From Auanema rhodensis (Eukaryota > Animalia > Nematoda), in assembly GCA_964057225.1 (NCBI GenBank), contig OZ059896.1:7440001-7504000 (forward strand): a DNA stretch of 64,000 bases, in the 5' to 3' direction. The notes beneath the pieces were generated by a model. That model was given only the letters and a program-made list of their open reading frames with translations. It was not told the DNA's origin and ran no database searches. Below, piece after piece: positions 26,797 to 39,136 of the stretch (position 1 is its first letter; every line of letters starts with the position of its first letter). A program made the translations under genes and the position numbers.

Positions 26797-27346
26797 TTGA
26801 TCATGGAGGCCTTACCGAAGGTCGCCAGAAAGTGACAGATGGTACTAGTGACGGGACGATATAGAACTGGTGGATGACGATGTCGAGAAAACGATCAGCT
26901 GGAATTTAACGGTTTTTGTTCGAAAAACCTGCGTTGTAACCGAAGGTCAAGCTTGCTACAGGATCATGATACAGGTCAACAAAGAGCTTGTGATTCGTAA
27001 CGGTTCAAGCATTAAATGAAAAGAGAGAAAAGCTCAAGATCAAATATGAAGTATGAATAATTCAACATTGCTTAAATATCAGCCATATTACGAATTATAC
27101 GAATTATATGAATAACTTGAAATAGTTCCAATAACGTTCAATAAAAAAATTTTTTTTTTCAATCAAAACGTGGAGGACTAATTTTCTAGAATAAGTAGTT
27201 GCATTATAAATTAGACGATTTTGTCTTTGTGAAAACGCTTAATTCCAACTGTCGTAGTTGGTGCGTCTGATTGTCGTCGTGGTTGCAGAGCTAGTTCAGC
27301 CGATCTGCTACTACACGACCCACTCCAGCAATTCTTTCTCCCTTTC

Positions 27347-27458
<112 letters not shown>

Positions 27459-29126
27459 CTATCTTACTCATTCCCCCCCCCCTCTGTCTTAAAAAAATTC
27501 GATCAAATTCTTTCTATTGAAGCAAACATTTCTGCTTAATGGTCATTTATGGCAATGAATAATACGAGAACAAATACGTTTTGAACAATTTTGGTCCGAA
27601 AACAAAAGAAAAATAGAAGTATTTCAACAAAAGCTAGATGAATGAAAAAAAAATGATCTAGAAACTTCAAGCTTGATAGATGAAGAGCGTGGCACACTGA
27701 GAAAACGCTGTAAGATCGGAAAAGGAAACGATATCAGTATTTAAACAGACGTATCAGCATTCTGATTGAAGCCACATAGTGGAACGGAGTTTTGGATGTG
27801 ATGGTCAACGCCGGTGCAAATTGTACTTATGACCTTCAGTCATCACTCGACCACTGACTTTTCTTCTTTTTTTTATTTTCCTTCTTGATGATTTTTTTTG
27901 TAAAAAAAATGAACTTGCTTAGATATATTTGAGAATAAGCTACAAATAATTGATTTTATGTTTTTATAAAGTATATTAGCTTGGGAAACAAAGAAAAATT
28001 TAAAATGAAGATATTTATATAATAGCATTTGGGGGTATTAAAATAAAGAAAAATGTTTAAATTATATGAATATTTATATTCAATTGAATTTTCTTAGAAA
28101 ATTATACAATTAATTAAAAATATTTTATCAATAAATTTTTTAATTTTTTAATTTTTAGTTAACTCATGTATTATATATTATATAATATAAAATATAATTC
28201 AGCATACTCCTCCCTATAAAGATTTTTTTTTAAAATTAAAATGCAACATGAAGTTGAAAATGAAAATAATTTGTTTGTAAACTAACTAAAAACAAGCCTT
28301 TATGTGTTATTACTGTTTAATATTAATGAAAAAGAATTTTTTTTGTCTAATGTTCAGTGAATTATTTTATCTGATCATGCTCCTTCCCAATTTAGTTTGT
28401 TATTATGTTTTTTTTTATCAAAGAAACCCGTTACGTTCATTAAACTATGGACGTTAGAGAAGAAGTTTGATAATGGATGTTACTGTTTGAACCTTTGAAT
28501 TCAAGTTTTCATGCTTCTAATTACGTCATCATATCATATCATGTTATACAATTCTTATTTCAGTTTTGTGAACTTCATTTTGTTTATATTTTTTTCTGAA
28601 ATATTGTTTCATTGTAACTGATAATTTAGAAAAATGAAATATAAACAGAAAACATAATGTCTTTTAATATGTATTAAATGAAAAAGCGATAATTAATTTC
28701 AGTATTGTAAACATACAACGGGAATAAACAAAAACGAATCAACGGGGGATTGGGGGAGAAGAAACTAGCGACGAAACTATATTAGGAGGACACTAAATCG
28801 TGCATCTAAGTATAATTCTGTAGGATAGATGAATACCGAGATGTTACAAGATATAAAAAAAAACATTTTCTATGAGGAAAGAGACACGAGGTCGACGGAA
28901 AATAATAGTAGAGATACATTATTGCAAAGACATGTTGCGGTATTTTTAATAATAATAATAATTATAAATATATAAATATTTATATAAAAAAATAACTATA
29001 TGCATATTGCATAATAGATATATAATTATATTTATATATTTATAATTATGTAATAATTAATTATATTATCTATAATGAACAAGAAAATGTGGCTAAGATT
29101 TGTTTTCTTTTATGAAGAAAAAAAAT

Positions 29127-29157
<31 letters not shown>

Positions 29158-30803
29158 ATATTATATAACATATTAAATAAAATAAAACTATTTAAATTAT
29201 TTGAACTTGTCATTCTTTTAGGTCGAAAAAAAAGGAAAATATGATGATAATGAGTAAAGAGGTTTGATTGATAAAACAGTTTTTGGAGTTGCATTTACTC
29301 CGGAGGCAGAACGAACGAGAAAAAGGGCAATTTGGAAAACAAAAGCGACTTAATAACTAGATAGAAGGTTCATATATTGAATGCATTAATTGTATTGTAG
29401 ATTTTTGTATATAATATGTATATCAAACGTGAAAAGAAACCCTAAAGCTCGAGGTAAAGCCCCTAAAGGATAAAATATAATAATTATAATACATATATTA
29501 ATGAATTGGTCCCAATCTAACATTTCGTAGTTCTTAAACCCAAAATTATAATAAAAGGTAACATCATCCGAACATGATCAGTTAGCCGAAAAAATTTAAT
29601 GGAGGGAGGGGCTTGCGGAAAATCATGAAGCTGATATCCAGTATGAGAGGCAACCTGATACCGCTGATGGCTTAACGGTACAATTGCTAAACAAAGTTGC
29701 TATGGCCATCATTAGTCTCAAAGATGAACAAGAATAAAGAGAGATTCATGTATCTGTTATAAGCAGATATATGAATGAGTTAATTTGATAAATTGAATGA
29801 TAGCGTTGGATGGGGGGGGGGGGGGGGGTTTGCGGAGAGGGGAAAGGGTAAAAGCAGGAATATACTTATCTATAACTATATCTATGTATATATATATAAA
29901 TATATTTGAATATTAAACAATACAAATGATATATATTTCTGAAATAAGCAAATGGATAAATATCTATGTAATAGGAGCTTAACCGGGCTTATTGCGCATG
30001 ACCAATTTGATGGTACAAAAGGTTTTAACACCGGTCGATCAGGACACTGGGGCGTTTAGCGGTTTGTTAGCCGGATGAAGATAGGTTTAATGACAATTAA
30101 ATACAAAAAAACTTAAGTTAAACGTGGATTGAATGAGTGTTAACATGAGAGAAAGAAATAGGGCTGAAGAAATGGGTTGAAAGAGAAACTGCCTACAGAA
30201 GATTATATAAATAAACTGAAGGACAATTAGCTCACTCGGATGAATATGTAGATACGATTGAGTAAAATCTACGACATGCTTCGAAAAGGTTGAAAAATAT
30301 GTATATATAGATATATGTCATAATATGTATATATATAATCTACATAAGTTATAATATGAATTGTGTACTGTAAGTACTATGCGTACTTCTTTCACAGATA
30401 GTCACGAAAGCACTGTGTGTTCGGAGAGAGAGAGAGAGAGAAAGAGAGAAAATACACAGGAAGGGAAAGAAGGAAGAAAATGAAAAAGGAAAGTGTATCG
30501 TTGACGACCGAAGTTCAAAGCACAGTAACGTGCTGGGAGAATTGGATACCGCATGGCGTCATATAATTGAAATGCGGTAAATCAACACACTGTCCAATCT
30601 CTAGTTCATGAACAAGTTGAAAGTCCAATAACCTGACAAAATAATGATCGGAAAGAAAAAGATGAAGAGAGAGAGGGAGAGATGGATAGAAAGATCTTGC
30701 GGATCTGTATTGGGTTTATGTACAGCTGAGGTATATTGGGTTGTTGTATAGTAACATTTGGATATATTTGGATATATTGAGATTATTCTTGGATTCCGTG
30801 TCT

Positions 30804-33800
30804 TCAGAAAACATGTTCCTCTGCACTGGCTACTGTCTGTGTCATTGGTGAAGCTTTCTGATCTGACTCCATTTGCTTGACAGCATTCTTAGCATCTTCA
30901 AATGCTGACCCTGTTGATCCAAGCTGAGTAGCCATGATGCTATCAGAGCAGGTTTTTTGACTGTCAAACACATTCATGACATCCATTTTCAGGACGAATG
31001 GAATAATCTGCTCAACTTGCATGTTGCCAATCAGGCCAGAGAAGAATAGCTCGGCAAGTATTGGCTGTCTGAACCAGCGTAAGCTGGGCAACAATTGCAG
31101 AATGCGAGAATATCTTAAATATAATTAATATAATAATAATAAATAAATGATTGATTACCTGTCAACAATAGCAGACATGTTATGGGAAGTAATATGTGTC
31201 TCGTTATCTTCAGATGTTGAATCATCGTTTAGGGAGACCATTGAAGCAATATGATCATACAACTCAGTACAGGCGGTTGTGTTTGTCATTCTCATCTCAG
31301 ATAAGTTTGTCAAAGATGGAATATCTAGAATATATTTGATAAGATGATTTTCGTCAACTGAAATCTACAATCTTACCATTTGCAGTGAATGAGATCAACT
31401 TCAAATATGCAAATTCAATGTTGCTTAGCTTTAGTTCTTCAAACCGTCGAACAAGAGTACGTAAATATCCGATTTGTTCATGAACTTCATCAAATTTAAT
31501 GGAAGGAAGTTGCTCTAAACAAGTAAAAACATTAATTTAAATTCTCATTTTTGAAAACATACTTATTCTTAAGTAAGCAGTTAGTTGACAATTCATTGTT
31601 TCTAGCATACGAATGAAATCAATTTTGTTGGCTGATTGCATAAGACCAAGCACAAACAGATCACACCATTTCATTTTCATCACACTTTCCAATGTAGATG
31701 CTCTATAAAAAAAAAATAAATATGATGTAAGTTGCAGATGTTATTGAAATTTATTTTGATTTGCAAAACGGTCAGAACTTCTTAGAGGATTGCCTTTCAG
31801 TGACTCTCAAGGGCAAGTTTTAACATCATACCGCCGGATTCGAACCAGTGACTTACTGGTGACAACGTTCGCTTTTAACCACTAGGCCAAGCAACACTTG
31901 ATAATAGCATTGAAGAACAAACCTGAGACCCATTCGAACATCTTTCATCCAATGAACAGAGAGAAACAGAAGTCGACTGGCAGTTTCACAAATAAATTGA
32001 AGATTCATTTCAGGAGATTGAGGAACGGGAAGTTCGAAGCGTGATCGTTCTCGGTTAAAGATGGGACCATCTTCACTGACACTGGATGCTGTGTTAGAAG
32101 ATGATGGGGAGGCAGAGGGGGCCAATCCGATGACGGTCATGACATCAATTCCAGACTCGTCTTCTCCAATAGATTCCTAGAACAAAATTCATGAATTCAG
32201 ATGTTTAACCCATAATAAGAATATCAAAGATCATAATAAAACATACTCGTTTGATGGAATAATCTGTTTGTGGTGAACTAGAATTTGGACGAATCAAACT
32301 GTTTGGTGATGATGAATTCATTTCATGGTCTTGACTTGTGATTTCTTCAACTCCCTTAAGAAGACGAGCGGATGAACGGTCTTTCTCTTGCTCTGACTTG
32401 ACAATAGCGAGAAGTCCAAGCATTTGTCCTGATAATGGCTGAAAGAGAGAAACAAATAAGTTAAGTAGTTTCTAGCAGAGCAAAATAAAAGTATAAAACT
32501 TACAGTAGATGTTCTAGAGCTATGAACCATTGTGGGAGCAGTTGAACTGGAATCACTCATTTGTTGAACTGGACGACGTTCCGCTTGAACCGCTGAAAAT
32601 GCTAAATTAGTCATATTCTTGTTGAAATTTCTGTTTATATTTACAACTTTTTGTATTTTGTTCAGCTGAACTTTCAATTTGTTTCTCAACATTTCAACTT
32701 TTGAAATGAAATATTAATAGCCCCTGCCTACTCAGATTTCGAATCTATGGACAGATTGAATGCGAGCAAAGAGGTGCCGGATCCCGGCAATCATGCCCTC
32801 TGCCCTTAGGTGATTCCTCCTTCCTGCTTTCGCTTTCTCACTGGAACATCCTGCATGCAAATTAATTGGCCGCCATCGTCTTTCTCTCTCATCTCTCACT
32901 TGAAATTCTACTTTCCTTATATTATAGATAAAGTTTACATTCAAGCTGTTATAAACACATACATATCTATTATATAATATATGAATTATGTATATTATAA
33001 ACTATATATCATATAGTTAATTACAATTGATTATATTGTTCTTAACTATATATATATATATAATATCATAATTACTATAAAAATAAAAATGTATATTGTT
33101 TCGTCATTGTGGTGGAAATGGATAATCGAAGACTATTCCGGTCGATAAGCTAACAAATCCGTTATTATGAATTTGAGCTATAAGCTCTCTTATCTAGTTG
33201 CTCGATTACTTATTCAACGGTAAAATTAATCTAATATTTCATTCTCAGATAGTTTTAGTTTTGGTTTATCGTAGTTTTATTTTATTATTCTTATTCCAAC
33301 GATTAAACTTTGTATTTTTGCCAAAGTCTTAAGTTCTTCAACAAATTTCATGTTTGTCTCTTAAAAATAGAAAGTTAGAACTTCTATTAACTATTATATA
33401 CTATACGACAATTCAGACGTCAAAATACAATTTTAATTTTTTACCAAAAAAATTCTGGAAAGCTGTTGAATGGGGGGGAAAGCGTTTCTGGATAGCAATC
33501 AAGAGAAAGCACATCAGCATTTTCTTTTGAATTGACTTTTAAGATGTTATGTTGATAGATGAAGCTTAAAGAACAAAAACAACTCATTATAGTGTGGTTC
33601 ACGGAACAAAACCCAAAGGTAAAGAAAACATTTAATTGAAAATACGATAAATATGGAATGTAAAGCCAATTAATCAAGTCTCTCGAGATCGAAAACAGCC
33701 AAAACGAAAGTAAGAATATGTAAAACAAATTGAAAATTAGTATTTCATATGCTTTAACAGTTCGAATGATGACTTTTAAGATTAATGATCTTTATGTTTT

Positions 33801-34693
33801 ATTTTTCTTAAATATACTTGCAGTTTAGCTAATTATAAATCTATCCCCTAGTTATAACATATAGTAAATCCCTAGATCTTTCAAAATCTATTTTTACTTC
33901 AATATCAATTCATTTTAGCATATGAAGTTAAGTAAGTTGTATTACTAGTTAATATTGTTTTAAAAATGAATTAAAAACTTACATTCACTTCGCATTCCCA
34001 TTGCCAAACATTTCTTCAAACGACAGTATTGGCATCGGTTTCTGTGAAATTTTGTGACGGGACAATCTTTTCCTCCACGACAAACATATCCAATCTGAAA
34101 ATATAATTGTAAAATATGAAAGGGAAACCTTTGAAAGACATAAAACAATTTTTTTTTAGATAAAGACAAAGATCAGAGTTTAGTTTGCAGGCCAAAAACG
34201 TTGACATGTAGTTAGGAATAACAAACAACTCATTCGATAAAATGTAAAAATAAAATGAAAATGTACCTGTTTTCGGATGGATCGCTTGAAGAAGCCTTTG
34301 CAGCCTTCGCAGGAAACAGCTCCATAGTGTCTTCCCGAAGCTTTGTCACCACAGACGACACAAATCTCACTGGCTTCTCCATTACCAGATGAACTTCTCA
34401 TGTGTGAATGCAACTGTGGATGAGCATCAGATGTTGCGGACACAGCACGTTGCACGCCGTTCATTACACCCGCATTGACGATCTAAAATGATTTGGATAA
34501 GAAATGAATGTTAAAAAAAAAGTTGAAGAATAGAAGGGCCAATAGATCGTTGAGGTTGAAAAGGGAGCTGTGTGACATTGAGCAACATGGACACATTTTG
34601 ATTCAACTAACGACACAACAGAACAATGATTGGTATGAGGCTGTTGATAAGAACATTCAAAAGAACGTTACGAATACTTTTATAATTTAAATT

Positions 34694-34724
<31 letters not shown>

Positions 34725-37473
34725 GAAATAAACTTGAAAAGTTAAATTTGGTAACAGAATGGAGAGTGAAGATGATGTTCGGTTCGCGAAAGCGGTAATG
34801 ATTGGTGCTATCAGAAATCAATCGATAGGTTACGAAAGGCAATATTAGAGCTGAAGAAGAGTATGACGACTGAAGAAGCGATAGGGCAAAGGGCTGCTAG
34901 CCAAGAAAGGCAGGAGGCAGAGGATGGAATAGAACGATTGAGTATGTAAGAGAAAGACATAATGAGAATGAAAAACGACAGAAGATATGAAGAAAAAGAA
35001 AAAAAGTAAATGATGAGTGATAGAAATGACAAATAGTTTAGATAATATCTGAATGCAATAAGGCTTGAAGTTAATAGGGAGAAAAGCAAACAGAAAAAAG
35101 AAAAAATGAAAAAAAGCATATAGGAGAGTGAATGAAGAAACTGATAAGAGCTGTTTAGTCATCACTTATTCATCAATGATACTCTTATTCAATTTTTCAA
35201 AACAATTTATAAGAATTACTTATTTTAATAATAATTATTATTTTAAATATTTATTTTTATATAATAAATATTTTAAATTATAATTTAAATAATAATAATT
35301 CAATTAGAAAAGGATGTGGTCATGAGCCTATTACAGTGTACATTTGAAAAAGGACGTTGTTCAAGAGCTTATTTTGAACTTTATTATGATCAATAAGGTA
35401 TATAGGGGGGCAGAAATATAATTTTAAAAGATGCATATTATCTTTATTATAGTTTAAAACTTATATACTTATATATATATAATATGATAAAGAATGCTGG
35501 ACACTATGGGGTGAAGAATGACCGAAGGGGGGGGGGGAGGGTTGGAGGAGTAGAAAAGCAAATGAGAGAAAATGAAGAAAAGGAGGGATGGAAAGATTGG
35601 AAGAAAAAAGAGAGTAAAAGAAAGAGAGAAAATAGATATTGAATAGTAAAACACAAAACAACTCGTCTAATGATTCTGTCTTGAGAAAAACGGCTTTACG
35701 CTTGTTCAATTTGGCTTCTACTCCCCCCTCTTTGCTCCATCTAAGGTCATCCCTCATGTGCTGTCATCATCATGTCAGCCTAGTAAGGACCATTCGGCTT
35801 GTCCTATGGTTTGCTCTCTTCTCTATTCTACTTTGTTCCATCCTTATATTTCTTTTTCATCACTTCATAACCATGATCTTCATCTTCCCATAGACACATT
35901 GGTAGCATAAAGGTCTCATTGGGAGAAAGGAAAATTGTCCTTTCAGGGAAATATTAGGAATAGTGAAAGAGCAAACTTGATAGAGATAGAGAATAAAGCA
36001 AAAAAAAAAAGAAAAAAAGAAAAAATATACTATGTACATATAGAGAGACATGAAAAGAAGCAAAATAGCATAGAGAGATATAAGTTGATCTCTTCGTTAT
36101 AACTATTCCTCTTTACATATTTTAGCTCATCTATAAATATATATATATATATAGAGATGTATATGTACATGTATATGTTTATTTGCTATATATTATGCTT
36201 AGATGCTTTTAATAATTTTAAAAATTGCTGATAACATAGCTATATCATCAGGCTATTCAGGTGAATGAGCAGTGGATTAGTGAGCCTTATAGTATACTAA
36301 AGGATATAAATATATGTATATTGATAAAGATATAAAGCTAGAAATAGAGAGAAAGAGTGAGAGAAAGAGATAGAGAGTAAGAAATGCTATAAGATTGAAA
36401 ACAGGCATCGGCGAGTGCCATGTAAGGATATATTAACCTCGATTCGTTTATTAATCTATATCATATGATTATGACATGCATGTTACTATACATATGCATG
36501 AAGTATATCAAAAGGAAATATTAGTCCAGATTTAATTTCTATACATATAAGCTATCATATAATCAATTTTGAATGAGAATTCAACTTATATATGGTTGGG
36601 AGAGACTGATTTAAGATCTTTATTTAGTTTTAGAATGCTTTTTTCTTAAGTTTAATGATAATTATACATATATTTATATATGAAAGCTAACTGATGTGGT
36701 ATACATATTGTAGTTGAAGTCAACATATATGCGAAAAATGTCTTTGTGTTAGCTTCGCCGTCAGATGAATCTGAAAGCTTGGGTTTAACTGGCATAGCTA
36801 TTTCAGCTACCATGCTCATAAGCTGAATGAGAAGAAGCCGGATGTCCTGTCTATATGTATATATGTATGGTTGGAGAAGGATTCGTGAAGATCCATAATA
36901 GTTATTGGAGGTACAGCTTTTGATAAATAAGAACTGTCAATTGGAATAATGGTCAAATTATTGAGATAATATGAATTTGAGCCAAATATTTAATCTGAAG
37001 CCTTTAAAGTCGATGACGTCGTCTAGGTAGACTCTCTTCAATGAAGCCGATCTACGTTTGTTTTTGCCCTGAGGCAATTCGAGTGGCAGCACGTCGTTAC
37101 CTCGGCTTCTCTGCCGTCAGTTCCACTCAAATAGAGAGATAGAGGGAGGGTGAAGAAGAAAAAGAGAGAAAGAAAAGAGGGGAGAGGGAGGAGAAAGATC
37201 GGAAAGAGGTGCACTAAGCGACGGGTTATAATGCTTGTGCTGTTGCTGGTGTTCGACTTGTTGCCGGGAAAAACGGAGGAAGGAAAGCCGCTTTCCGATC
37301 TAGTCGTTTATGAAAACTGAAATACGTTCCGCATTTTCTTTAAGAAAAAAAGAATAATTAAAGATAGACAATGGAGGAAAAGAAGAACTAAATACAATTA
37401 GCTTCATACTATCATCGTTCATCTTCAATCTTCAAATTAAGATGAATGGGAAAAGGACGAAGTAAATTTACTT

Positions 37474-37546
<73 letters not shown>

Positions 37547-39105
37547 AAGATTATAACTATAAATATATAGAAAAAGGTTAACATTTAAGATAAAATATAT
37601 ATTTTTTAGAGAGAGAGAGAGAGAAGGAGAGAGAGAGAGTAAAAAAGAGAGAAAGGGTGAGAGACTTTAAGAAGTATTGATGAAATATATGAAAATGAAT
37701 GAAGGAAAAAAAATAAAAAACATAGTCAGTAATCATGTTCATCTAGCTGTTTTAATCAAAAATTGAGATAAGACAAGATGAAGATAGGTTTGTTGAAAGA
37801 AGCAAGCTTAGACTGGTTCAATGAATATTAATGAAAAAAACAAAATAAAATTGGAAGTAAAAAAAAAATTTAAATATATTAAAAAGTTTGAACTATTACT
37901 TGAAAAAACATAATAGCTTGAATGTATATTGTAAATAAAGAATGGGATTTTAAGGATTGTAATAGACATCAACATCTCTTTTGAACAAAAAAAATGAAGA
38001 TTTGAAATGGAGGAAAGGAGTAATTGAAAAGTTTAGTGGATATAGATCTGGACAACTGGTGGGTGGTCTCATTCGGTTTCAAGTAGAAAAGTTCATGCTG
38101 AACTATTAAGAAGAAGAATGCTATTATGTGAATCTGCACTACTTTAAATAGCAAAAGATTCTGCAAAAGCAAGAGAGTGAAGAAAAGAAGAGTAGAGGAT
38201 GAATGCAAAGGAAGGCAAGAGAGGTAGACCTCCGGCTGCGTTCTGCTGGCTGGACGAAAGCTAAGCAATTGCCGGAGGGCTCCTAGAATAGAAGGCGTGA
38301 CCTCTATGGATGTGATGTCGTCATGAAGCAACCACAGCTAGAGAAGAAAGAGAGGCAAGCATAGAGAATAGAAAAAATAGATCATGTAATGAGAGTGTGC
38401 GAAAGATCGAGGTGAGACGACCTCAGGAAGTGAGCAGTAGGAAGGATAGAGCAGCGGAGGGGGGGGGGTCAGAGGCCAAGGGCTAAGCGTAGTAAACGGA
38501 GCAGAAGACTACTCTAGTCCCGCGGGATAGGGAAGCGGGAGTGGAAGAGGTGAATGAAGTGAAGACGAAGGAGCAACAAGTAGAAATCGATGACCAGGTT
38601 GGCCGACTTGAGGCAAAGGTGAAAATGGATTGATGTAGCCTTGAAAACGTGAGCTAATCATCGGTAGTCAACATAAACCAAGTGATCAATGCTTGGAAAT
38701 TATGCACTAATGGGCGCAGAAACCTAATGCACGGTGGAGATTAATGACAGCTTAAGGATTGCCAAAGGATGTGAAGCCTACTCTGCTCATCGCTTCGTTT
38801 TGTTCTCATAGCCTTGCAATTTGAATTACGAAGAAATATGAGAAACATACATGTGCTGATCGTATAGGTTATAAAAGATTTAACTATAGCTATAATATTA
38901 GAATATAGTTAATAACAGGTTGGTGTAAAAGCAGAATACATGAATTTTCTGAATTAATATGCTCACGAGTCATGAGAAAGAGATAGACACAGAGGTCAAG
39001 CTTGTCGTGCCACTAGCCCGAGGGCAAATAATCATTGAGGACACCGAACTGAATGGATAGAAAAGAAAAAAAGAAAAAAGAAAGAATGGGAAGAGGGAGG
39101 AGAGG

Positions 39106-39136
<31 letters not shown>

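Noticed and set aside
27754-27846. Possible minus-strand C/D snoRNA (GTGATGA...CTGA)
   Set aside because: No recognisable rRNA/snRNA guide, weak terminal stem and no Pol III boxes.
30021-30110. SL2-like 22-mer GGTTTTAACACCGGTCGATCAG
   Set aside because: Followed by GA rather than a GT donor, and no Sm site (AATTTTTGG-like) downstream.
31826-31896. Functional tRNA gene (possible GTC anticodon)
   Set aside because: Anticodon and acceptor stems do not pair properly; treated as a Pol III promoter or leader for the snoRNA.
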